64,000 nucleotides of DNA from Minisyncoccota bacterium (GCA_016782605.1 JADHYE010000001.1:11128-75127); one strand, 5' to 3'; shown: positions 55,218 to 62,947, counted from the stretch's first letter. Made by a program: numbers and translations. Notes: generated from the sequence alone by a model not told the origin.

Positions 55218-55568
55218 TTATTTAACCAATTCTATTATGGCTATTTTGGCAGCATCTACTTTTCTTTGGCCAAGCTTAATAATCCTGGTATATCCTCCTT
55301 TTCTTTCTTTGAATCTCGGGGCGATCTCATCAACCAATTTCTTAACCACTTTTCCAGTAAAAAACTTTGCCAATAATCTGCGCGAAGCCAAAGTGCCGAC
55401 TTTCGCTTTGGTAATCTTTTTTTCAACGAAAGAGGAAACCTCTTTTGCCTTAGCTTCTGTTGTTTTAACTTTTTCTTTCAATATCAAAGCAGCAGCTAAA
55501 GATCTTAAAAGAGCGTTTCTTTGGTCTTTTTCCCTATTTAGTTTTTTCCCTTTTTTTCTTTTTCTCAT
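55218..55568 (-). CDS. rplQ: 50S ribosomal protein L17
   Basis: 116 aa with ..GYTRIIKLG.R..D.A..A.IEL typical of L17. Confidence 0.9.
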   Translation of the reverse strand: MRKRKKGKKLNREKDQRNALLRSLAAALILKEKVKTTEAKAKEVSSFVEKKITKAKVGTLASRRLLAKFFTGKVVKKLVDEIAPRFKERKGGYTRIIKLGQRKVDAAKIAIIELVK

Positions 55569-56364
55569 TTTTTACTTTTTTGCTTACTGCTTTCTTTTCT
55601 TTTTTCGGCTTCTTGGCCGCTTTTTTCTTTTCTTTGTCTTCCGGTTCTACAGATGCAGCTTTCGGCTGGAAAGCTGTAGCCAGCAACGAAAAGTGGCTAA
55701 TCAAAATTTCCGAAGCCTGATAAAATGCCTGTTCCGGATCGATAATGCCGTCTGTTTCAATTTCCAGAAACAATCTGTCAAAGTCAGTTCTTTCTCCGAC
55801 ACGCATATTCTCAACCCTGGAACTTACCCTTTTTACAGGAGTAAAGCTGGCATCCAGCAGAATAGCTCCTATCTCTAATTTTTCAGGCATGGAGCCTGCT
55901 GTTTTTTTCCTTGTTTCGCGGCTGGAATAGCCAATTCCCTTTTCAATCTGGATTTCCATTTCCAGTTCAGCGGATTTTGAATTCAAAGTGGCAATATGGC
56001 AGTTTTTATTTACCAATTCCACTTGGCTGGGCAGCTTGAAATCAAAGCCCTTCACTGCTTTTTCTCCCTTAACTTTCAGGGTCGCTTTCTGTGGCTCGTC
56101 GCTAAAAAGCTTAAATCTCAATTGCTTCAAATTAAGCATTATAGTGATAACGTCTTCTAAAACTCCTGAAATCGTTGAGAACTCATGGGAAACTCCCTTG
56201 ATTTTGACTTGGGTAATAGCAGCTCCTTCAAGCGAAGAAAGCAAAACCCTTCTCAAAGAATTGCCGACGGTTACTCCGTAGCCAGGACGCAAAGCTTCTA
56301 TTTCAAAAACAGCTTTGTTCCCTTCTTTTTTAACTATTTTGGGAGCGTGAGGTAAATTAATCAT
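55534..56364 (-). CDS. rpoA: DNA-directed RNA polymerase alpha subunit, N-terminal domain only, plus a Lys-rich tail
   Basis: About 235-aa alpha-NTD (..GNSLRRVLLSSL..) followed by a ~40-aa KKEK-rich tail. No alpha-CTD-like sequence. Confidence 0.9.
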   Translation of the reverse strand: MINLPHAPKIVKKEGNKAVFEIEALRPGYGVTVGNSLRRVLLSSLEGAAITQVKIKGVSHEFSTISGVLEDVITIMLNLKQLRFKLFSDEPQKATLKVKGEKAVKGFDFKLPSQVELVNKNCHIATLNSKSAELEMEIQIEKGIGYSSRETRKKTAGSMPEKLEIGAILLDASFTPVKRVSSRVENMRVGERTDFDRLFLEIETDGIIDPEQAFYQASEILISHFSLLATAFQPKAASVEPEDKEKKKAAKKPKKEKKAVSKKVKNEKKKKREKTK

Positions 56365-56422
56365 ATAGCGAGTCCCGCAACAACGGGACGAAGGTTAAGA
56401 AGAGGATGAATTCCTCTTCGAT
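56365..56422 (-). repeat. two-hairpin intergenic module related to the nusB-rnc unit
   Basis: atagcgaGTCCCGcaacaaCGGGACgaaggttaaGAAGAGGatgaattCCTCTTCgattta fills the whole rpsD-rpoA spacer. Same architecture as 15138-15202 with different stem sequences. Confidence 0.6.
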
Positions 56423-57052
56423 TTATTTTGAGTAAAACTCGAAAATTGCGGAGAGTTCTGCCGGTGGGACAGCCTCTTCTAAATTTGGTGAATCGATGAC
56501 CTTTGCCTCCAGCTTCTCAGCGTCTAATTTGAGCCAAGACGGAGGATTATATTTTTTTAAAGTAGATGATAATTTCTGGAAAATTGTTTTTTTTAAAGAA
56601 TTGGGGTTAACGCTTATTTTGTCCCCTTTCTTAACCAGATAGCTGGAAATATTAATCGGCCTGTCGTTAACCATAAGATGGCTGTGGGAAACCATTTGTC
56701 TGGCAGCAAATTTGGAAGGAGCGAAACCTAATCTGAAAACTACATTGTCCAAGCGGCTCTCCAAAGTTTTAATTAAAGCAGCGCCGGCATCCGTCACCTT
56801 TCCCCTGGCCTTTAAAATATCTTTGACGTAGTTCCTGAATTGCTTCTCTTCCAAATTATACCAGTTCTTTAATTTTTGTTTTTCCCTTAATTCTTTACCG
56901 TATTCAGAAAGCGATTTCACTCTTTTTTTAGCTTTTGGCCCTGGCGGATAAGGTTTTTTGATCATTGGGCATTTCTGCGATGAGCACCTTTCGCCTCTCA
57001 AAAAAAGCTTAATTCCTGCACGACGGCAAATTTTGCATTTAGAAACATTCAT
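56423..57052 (-). CDS. rpsD: 30S ribosomal protein S4
   Basis: 209 aa with an N-terminal zinc-ribbon-like CKICRR..C segment and an S4 domain. Confidence 0.95.
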   Translation of the reverse strand: MNVSKCKICRRAGIKLFLRGERCSSQKCPMIKKPYPPGPKAKKRVKSLSEYGKELREKQKLKNWYNLEEKQFRNYVKDILKARGKVTDAGAALIKTLESRLDNVVFRLGFAPSKFAARQMVSHSHLMVNDRPINISSYLVKKGDKISVNPNSLKKTIFQKLSSTLKKYNPPSWLKLDAEKLEAKVIDSPNLEEAVPPAELSAIFEFYSK

Positions 57053-57053
57053 A

Positions 57054-57185
57054 CCCTGTATATCAACATCCAGGCATTTTCAATGCGAAAATATCCTGAA
57101 GGCTGTCTTTATTTAATAATATATTTAACATAATAACTTTGTTTGATATTTTAATACGAAGTATTCTGGATGTTGTATTACAAGG
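57054..57185 (-). mobile_element. family A element, copy A8
   Basis: 132 bp, flanked by cata at 57050-57053 and 57186-57189. 57052-57050 is the rpsD ATG. Confidence 0.7.
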
Positions 57186-57192
57186 CATAAGT

Positions 57193-57642
57193 TTATACCC
57201 TTCTTACTTTTGGCTTACGACAGCCGTTATGCGGAACTGGAGTCATATCCTTAATTGAAACTATTTCCAAACCCCTGGCAGCCAATGACCTAATAGCTGA
57301 ATCTCTGCCAGAACCTATCCCCTTTACGAAAATCTCTATCTTTTCAATCCCTATTTTCTCGGCAATCTGGACGATTGCTTCAGCTACCTTGGAAGCAGCA
57401 AAAGGCGTTGCTTTTTTTGCTCCTTTGAAACCGATATTGCCAGCGCTAGTCCAGCCCAAAACATTACCCTTTGGATCTGTCAAAGTAAGGATGGTGTTGT
57501 TATAAGAAGAAGCAATGTAAATTCTGCCCTCTTGTATCCTTTTAAGGGTTTCTTTGGCCTGCTCTTTCACTTTCGTTTCCATGGCTTCACCTTCTTTCAA
57601 AATCTCTTCTTCAGTTTGTCGTATAACACGTTTTTTACCCAT
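57193..57642 (-). CDS. rpsK: 30S ribosomal protein S11
   Basis: C-terminus ..DMTPVPHNGCRKPKVRRV is canonical S11. Confidence 0.95.
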   Translation of the reverse strand: MGKKRVIRQTEEEILKEGEAMETKVKEQAKETLKRIQEGRIYIASSYNNTILTLTDPKGNVLGWTSAGNIGFKGAKKATPFAASKVAEAIVQIAEKIGIEKIEIFVKGIGSGRDSAIRSLAARGLEIVSIKDMTPVPHNGCRKPKVRRV

Positions 57643-57794
57643 AATGGTAATACCTAATTAGGTCGCGGCACGTCCCACTTGCAGCGGGACTAACACCGCT
57701 CTTTAAAAACCCTCGGTTTTTAATATTTTCCTACACGGAAGAACCAAAGGGTTCTTCCGACCCATCTCCGATATGGGACGTTATTACTGAATTA
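57643..57794 (-). repeat. composite structured leader repeat F3, filling the rpsM-rpsK spacer
   Basis: 152 nt. Contains hairpins CCCAT..ATGGG, GGAAGAACC..GGTTCTTCC, AAAAACC..GGTTTTT and GTCCCGC..GTGGGAC, and ends ..GCCGCGACCTAATTAGGTATTACCATTATG. Confidence 0.6.
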
Positions 57795-58184
57795 TTATGT
57801 AGGTCCCGGAGGCGGCTTTCTGCCAGAACCAACTGTCTTTCTTATATTTCCCCTGGCAGTTCTCGTATTGGTTTTGGTTCTCTGCCCCCGCACAGGCAGG
57901 CCTTTAATGTGCCTGATGCCTATCCAGGTTCCTGCGTCCTTCAACCTTTTAATATTCATCATAATTTCTCTTTTCAAATCGCCCTCTGTCTTATAATTCT
58001 TCTCAATAATGTCTTTTAAGGTAGACACTTCCTGAGTGGTCAATTCTGAAGCTTTTTTTGTTTCTCCAATACCAGCTTCCTCTAAAATTTTCTTGCTCAA
58101 AGAGCGGCCTATTCCGAAAATATAGGTTAGGGCTATTTGTATTTGTTTTTTTTCAGGGATGTTAATCCCGGCAATACGTGGCAT
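57795..58184 (-). CDS. rpsM: 30S ribosomal protein S13
   Basis: MPRIAGINIPEKK.. is canonical S13. Confidence 0.95.
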   Translation of the reverse strand: MPRIAGINIPEKKQIQIALTYIFGIGRSLSKKILEEAGIGETKKASELTTQEVSTLKDIIEKNYKTEGDLKREIMMNIKRLKDAGTWIGIRHIKGLPVRGQRTKTNTRTARGNIRKTVGSGRKPPPGPT

Positions 58185-58189
58185 AAGTT

Positions 58190-58306
58190 TTATCCTTGAC
58201 GCTGCTTATGTTTGGGATTTTTTTTGCAAATAACATAAATTCGTCCTGATCTTCGGACGATTTTACAGTCTTTGCAAATTTTCTTGACCGATGGACGTAC
58301 TTTCAT
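58190..58306 (-). CDS. rpmJ: 50S ribosomal protein L36
   Basis: Hand translation gives [38 protein letters not shown] (38 aa). Below the ORF-track cutoff. Confidence 0.85.
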   Translation of the reverse strand: MKVRPSVKKICKDCKIVRRSGRIYVICKKNPKHKQRQG

Positions 58307-58339
58307 AATAAAAAAACAATAATGACTTATTGCGCGAAA

Positions 58340-58555
58340 CTATTTTCCGCGGTATGTTATTCTTCCTTTTTTCAGATCATAGGGGCTTAATTCAACCGTC
58401 ACCCTGTCGCCCGGCAAAACCTTTATCCTGAACATCCTTAATTTACCTGCCAAATGGCACGAAACCTCCTCCCCGTCATCCAGCTTAACTTTAAAATGCG
58501 TGCTGGGAAGAGCTTCTGTGATTATTCCGGTTTTTATTAAGTCATTCTTATCCAT
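58340..58555 (-). CDS. infA: translation initiation factor IF-1
   Basis: 71 aa with an S1-like fold sequence (..[19 protein letters not shown]..). Confidence 0.95.
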   Translation of the reverse strand: MDKNDLIKTGIITEALPSTHFKVKLDDGEEVSCHLAGKLRMFRIKVLPGDRVTVELSPYDLKKGRITYRGK

Positions 58556-58603
58556 TAAATAGGCAATTTTTTAGTTTATCAGAAATTAGTTATTTGGTCA
58601 ATG

Positions 58604-59905
58604 CTAATCAATGACCAGATTGAATTTAATCTTACTTAGGTCTTCTGGCACCTTATTGACCCAGAATGGCCAAAACTTGACGCTGGCCCTGGTAATCTTA
58701 GGATAGTTTTCCAAGAAGAGCTTAGCCTCGAGCAAAGACTTTCCTTTTAAGGCGTTTTTAAAGCTGAAAATGTCAACGTCAGCATAGATTTTAGCTGAAA
58801 TTGTCAAAGAAACAGCAATTTTGCCGGTCTCTAAATCAACATCGTCAATAGAATAATTTATTTTCAAACTTTCCTCATAAAGCTTTTTATCCTGGGGAAT
58901 TTGAAAAGTAATCGCTTCTTTAACGTAATTCCTAATATCTTCTTTCTTAAACACTACGACTTGGCATTGCGCTTTCACCTGATAATTAAAGTCTTTTGCT
59001 TCTGTTTCAGCAGAAGTCAAAGAAAAGTTCTCAATAATTTCTGTCTGGATGCTGTCTGGCAAATAATCGAACTTGGAAGAAATCGCTTCTGACTGCAGTT
59101 CTTTCTGCAGCAGTTCATTGCATTCTTTCTCCGCTTGTTTTGTTAAAGTTTCTTCAGCTTGAGATAAATCCTTTTCTGTCACTTTAGCAATTTCTTCATG
59201 GAAGCCGCCTGCCATTGCTTCAAAAGATTCGCCGTAGAATTTAGTATACCTGTCTGTGCCGGCAAATCCCGGTACGGAGAACTTGGTCAAAGCGATATTG
59301 TATTCTTCGCCAGGCTGATCTGCCACCACTTTTACATCTATTTCTCCTGGAACAAGCTTTCCTTTCTCATAAGTACCTCCAGGAACAGTAACTTTGATTG
59401 GCGTGCGGAATACCTTTCCGTCAGCTGAAACAAAACGGGTAGTGGCTATTAAAACCTGCTGCGAAGTTGAATAGGCATTGTACACTTTTATTGTGCCTTG
59501 CGCCTTCTCCTCTTTCATAATTTTACCGGAAGCCGGAAAAGTCTGAACAATGGTTTTTTCTTTCTGAAGCGTTTCTGCCGGAATAATCTTTAAAAGAGAA
59601 TCAATAGCTGTTGCGTTTTTGTCGATATTCGTTTCTTCTATAAGATTAAAAACTTCTGTCTCCGGCCAAACGCTTATTTCAGCTTTAGACAAAGCAATGT
59701 AGCAAAACGCTCCCAATAAAACCAAAAAAAGCAAAGAAAAAGTCAAACCCTTTTTAAAGGGTGGATTAGGAGCTTTTTTAGGAAAACCCCACAAAGGAAC
59801 CTTGGGCTTTTGCTCTAGTTCTATCTTTACTTCTGGCTCTTTGTGCTCCTCCTTTTTTTTCTCTTTTTTCGAAGGAGGGAAAACGTCTATTACTTTTTTG
59901 CTCAT
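58604..59905 (-). CDS. hypothetical membrane-anchored protein
   Basis: 433-aa ORF with a Lys-rich N-terminus and one TM helix. No family recognised. Confidence 0.45.
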   Translation of the reverse strand: MSKKVIDVFPPSKKEKKKEEHKEPEVKIELEQKPKVPLWGFPKKAPNPPFKKGLTFSLLFLVLLGAFCYIALSKAEISVWPETEVFNLIEETNIDKNATAIDSLLKIIPAETLQKEKTIVQTFPASGKIMKEEKAQGTIKVYNAYSTSQQVLIATTRFVSADGKVFRTPIKVTVPGGTYEKGKLVPGEIDVKVVADQPGEEYNIALTKFSVPGFAGTDRYTKFYGESFEAMAGGFHEEIAKVTEKDLSQAEETLTKQAEKECNELLQKELQSEAISSKFDYLPDSIQTEIIENFSLTSAETEAKDFNYQVKAQCQVVVFKKEDIRNYVKEAITFQIPQDKKLYEESLKINYSIDDVDLETGKIAVSLTISAKIYADVDIFSFKNALKGKSLLEAKLFLENYPKITRASVKFWPFWVNKVPEDLSKIKFNLVID

Positions 59906-59906
59906 A

Positions 59907-59979
59907 CCAGGTAGTAGAAATTCGACTAATTAAACATTATTATCACTGCCGCGGTAGTGGTCGAATTTTCACTACCTGG
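59907..59979 (-). mobile_element. family B element, copy B2
   Basis: 73 bp, flanked by cata at 59903-59906 and 59980-59983. 59905-59903 is the ATG of the 58604-59905 gene. Confidence 0.7.
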
Positions 59980-59988
59980 CATAATAAT

Positions 59989-59994
59989 ATTATA
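59989..59994 (-). promoter_or_regulatory. -10 hexamer TATAAT placing a predicted TSS on the A of the upstream duplicated ATG (59982)
   Basis: Minus strand reads TATAAT-ATTATT-ATG. Same 6-nt spacing as at 52178-52192. Confidence 0.35.
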
Positions 59995-60006
59995 CACTAT
60001 TTATGC

Positions 60007-61665
60007 TTATTCCAAAACAGCTCTGATCCTTCTAATGCCAGCGCTGGAAGATTCTTCCTTAACAATCTTGAAATGGCCGAGCTCGCCAGTGCGGCGAACG
60101 TGAGGTCCGCCGCATATTTCCTTTGAAAAATCGCTGATACTGTAAACTTTTACTTTCTCTTCATATTTATCTTCGAAAACTCCGGTCGCTCCCTTCCCCT
60201 TCGCTTCCTCTAAACTCATTTTTTCACAGACCACAGGCAAATCCTCTTTGATTTTCTGGTTAACAATCTCTTCAACTTCTTTAATCTCTTTTTCTGTCAT
60301 CTTTCCTGGATGAACAAAATCAAATCTTAATCTCTCAGTTGTGATATTGCTTCCTTTTTGAGAAACCTGGTTGCCTAAAACCTGCCTCAAGGCAGCTAAC
60401 AACAAATGATTAGCAGTGTGATATTCAACTACTTGCTCAGAATTATCAGCTAATCCTCCTTTGAACATGCCAGAAGAAGAAGTTCTTGAAAGGTCCTGAT
60501 GTTCTTTGAACTTTTTATTAAATTCTTCCACGTTAATATCCCTCCCTCTTTCTTTAGCCAATTCTAAGGTCAATTCTAAAGGAAACCCGTAACTGGTATA
60601 TAATTCAAAAGCGTCTGTGCCTTTTTCAAACTGTTTCAATCCCTCCTCTAATGTCTTCTCAAATTTCTCCTCTTCATTTTGAATTGCTGTTAAAATATCA
60701 GTTTCTTTTGATTTCAACTCAGGATAAACATCTGTGTACATTTCAATCGCTTTTTGAGCTAAAGGAATCAAGAAATTCTCCGGCAAATTAAGCAGTTTGC
60801 CATATCTTATCGCCCTCCTTAAAACTCTTCTCAAAACGTATCCTCTTTCAACATTAGAAGGTAGAATCCCGTCTGAAATTAAAAAAACCGAGCCCTTAAC
60901 ATGATCAGAGATAATTCTTTTTGCTCTTTCATTATCACCCGGAATCTCATTAATAATCGGTAAAAACAAATCAGTCTCAAAAACTGATTTTTTGCCCTGA
61001 ACAACCGTTGCTAATCTCTCTAATCCCATACCAGTATCAACGCCTTTCTGTTTTAAAGAAGTAAGTTTTCCTGTTTTATCCTGGTAATATTCGTTAAATA
61101 CCAGATTCCAAACTTCAATACCGTTAAAATGAATTTCAGTTGTCGGGCCGCAAGGCCCCTCTTCGCCTGTCGGTCCCCAGAAATTATCTTCCCTGCCGCA
61201 CTTTTTAATTTTATTCTCCGGAACACCAAGTTTTTGCCAAATCTCAGATGACTCTTTATCCTCAGAGACCTTCCCATCTCCTTCAAAAACAGTAAAAACA
61301 GCCTTATCTAATGGCAGTTTCAACTCTTTAAAAAGAAATTCATAAGCCAATTTTATCGCTTCCTTTTTAAAATATCCTCCGAAAGAAAAATTTCCAAGCA
61401 TTTCCAAAAAAGTCAAATGGCTATCATCTCCCACCTCTTCAATATCTGACGTCCTGAAGCACTTCTGGCAGGAACAGACATTCTGGCCAAGAGGAGATTT
61501 TTCACCGAGATAATACGGCTTGAACTGCTGCATGCCGGCCGTAGTAAACAAAACACTTGTGTCAGTCGGTATAAGCGAAGAGGAAGGCACTATTTTGTGT
61601 CCCTTTTTTTCAAAAAATTCTAAAAACTTTCTCCTCAGGTCTTTTGAGTTCATTAAAGTTTCCAT
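60007..61665 (-). CDS. alaS: alanine--tRNA ligase, short form lacking the usual C-terminal region (552 aa)
   Basis: Class II AlaRS catalytic domain, then editing-type HxxxH (HTANHLLLAAL) and CGGPHV motifs. Much shorter than typical bacterial AlaRS. Confidence 0.85.
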   Translation of the reverse strand: METLMNSKDLRRKFLEFFEKKGHKIVPSSSLIPTDTSVLFTTAGMQQFKPYYLGEKSPLGQNVCSCQKCFRTSDIEEVGDDSHLTFLEMLGNFSFGGYFKKEAIKLAYEFLFKELKLPLDKAVFTVFEGDGKVSEDKESSEIWQKLGVPENKIKKCGREDNFWGPTGEEGPCGPTTEIHFNGIEVWNLVFNEYYQDKTGKLTSLKQKGVDTGMGLERLATVVQGKKSVFETDLFLPIINEIPGDNERAKRIISDHVKGSVFLISDGILPSNVERGYVLRRVLRRAIRYGKLLNLPENFLIPLAQKAIEMYTDVYPELKSKETDILTAIQNEEEKFEKTLEEGLKQFEKGTDAFELYTSYGFPLELTLELAKERGRDINVEEFNKKFKEHQDLSRTSSSGMFKGGLADNSEQVVEYHTANHLLLAALRQVLGNQVSQKGSNITTERLRFDFVHPGKMTEKEIKEVEEIVNQKIKEDLPVVCEKMSLEEAKGKGATGVFEDKYEEKVKVYSISDFSKEICGGPHVRRTGELGHFKIVKEESSSAGIRRIRAVLE

Positions 61666-62177
61666 TAGCTGTATCTGTCAGCTACTGATGAAGCAGCGAA
61701 AGATTCCGGCTTGATTTTCGGCTCAAAACCGTTCCCTTTTATCAAACCGGTAACCTCTTTAATCATGTCCCTAGTTTTTCCGTTCTCACCGACATCGGCA
61801 TGAATGTAGCGAAACTGATAGTTAAGATTTGCTTTTCCGGGCTTTTGAATCACCTTTTCAAAGCTTTCTCTCAGATATAAAGCAAATTGGCAGGAAAGAT
61901 AAACTTCTTCTAAAATTCTCTGTTTCCAGTTATAGAAAATCCTTCCTTTATAATCTATCTTTTTAAGAAAAAATCTGCCCCCCTCGCCCACTCTCAAAAC
62001 AACTACTGCCAAAGGAAAATGCGGCTCTGTACCGGAGGAGGAATCGCAACCAACGATAACATCGTAAAACTTTTCAGGTTTTTCGGAAATATAATTAATT
62101 ATCTCCTCAAGCACCTTCTCAATCTTAAGATCGCCCTTGGTCGGATTAAAAAAATAGCCGTTTAGAATCTTATCCAT
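61665..62177 (-). CDS. RNase H-fold protein of the YkuK/DUF458 type (putative)
   Basis: 170 aa with ..VGCDSS.. and ..HADVGENG.. segments. Stop overlaps the alaS ATG (TAATG). Confidence 0.5.
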   Translation of the reverse strand: MDKILNGYFFNPTKGDLKIEKVLEEIINYISEKPEKFYDVIVGCDSSSGTEPHFPLAVVVLRVGEGGRFFLKKIDYKGRIFYNWKQRILEEVYLSCQFALYLRESFEKVIQKPGKANLNYQFRYIHADVGENGKTRDMIKEVTGLIKGNGFEPKIKPESFAASSVADRYS

Positions 62178-62215
62178 AATTTAATGGTTAAAAATAACAA
62201 AAATACCCAATAAGG

Positions 62216-62947
62216 TCAACTTTTCCTCACGCTCTCAATAAAGTCTTTGGCGTTCAGAGAGGCTGCGCCGATTAAAGCGCCGTTTATACCATCAACAGCA
62301 ACAAACTCTTGAATGTTCCTGCTGTTTACGCTCCCGCCGTACAATATCCTCAATTTCTGAGCAATATTTTTACCAAATAATTTAAACAAATTCTCCCGAA
62401 TAAAAGCTGCTCCTTGTTCAGCTTGTTTTGGAGTAGCTACTTTTCCTCCTTTTGTCGTACTTATCGCCCAAACAGGCTCGTAAACAACAACTAAATTCTT
62501 AACCTCATTTTTATTAATTCCAGATAAAGCTATTTCTAGCTGTTTCTTGATTTCTTTGAATTCCTGCTTCTGATTCTTGCTCTTGCTACCAATACAAAGA
62601 ATTGGCTTCAAACCAGCTTTTAAAACCGCCTTTAATTTCCTATTAACTATTTCATCTGTCTCTTTCAGAACTTCTCTTCTCTTAGAATGGCCAAGAATGA
62701 CATATTTTACACCAATGCTTTTCAACATTAAAGGAGAAATTTCCCCGGTAAAAGGCCCTCCGCAACAAAAACAATCCTGGGCTCCCAGTTCCAAACCGGG
62801 ACTGAGAGAAGCAATATATAAAAAAGGAGGGCAGATAACCACCTCTGCTTTTTTAATGTTTTTTACCCCTTTAGCAACAGAATTAAAAAGCTTTTTAGCT
62901 TCTGTCAAACTTTTAGGGTTGCATTTCCAGTTTGCGACAATCAACAT
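62216..62947 (-). CDS. tpiA: triosephosphate isomerase
   Basis: ..IVANWKCN.., ..ILGHSKRR.. and ..VVYEPVWAIST.. motifs. Confidence 0.9.
   Translation of the reverse strand: MLIVANWKCNPKSLTEAKKLFNSVAKGVKNIKKAEVVICPPFLYIASLSPGLELGAQDCFCCGGPFTGEISPLMLKSIGVKYVILGHSKRREVLKETDEIVNRKLKAVLKAGLKPILCIGSKSKNQKQEFKEIKKQLEIALSGINKNEVKNLVVVYEPVWAISTTKGGKVATPKQAEQGAAFIRENLFKLFGKNIAQKLRILYGGSVNSRNIQEFVAVDGINGALIGAASLNAKDFIESVRKS

Noticed and set aside
55198-55878. 226-aa plus-strand ORF. The same applies to 49681-50379 (+) and many 60-150-aa antisense ORFs in the track.
   Set aside because: They lie antisense to well-supported genes (rplQ/rpoA, the mreB paralog and the MFS gene). Their low-complexity Phe/Leu/Ser-rich translations are typical of AT-rich antisense frames.
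5021-57185. Could the dispersed 132-bp repeats be a CRISPR array or a tandem satellite?
   Set aside because: Copies are separated by whole genes (0.6-23 kb), not by short unique spacers. Each is an inverted-repeat hairpin with its own flanking duplication. No cas genes are present.
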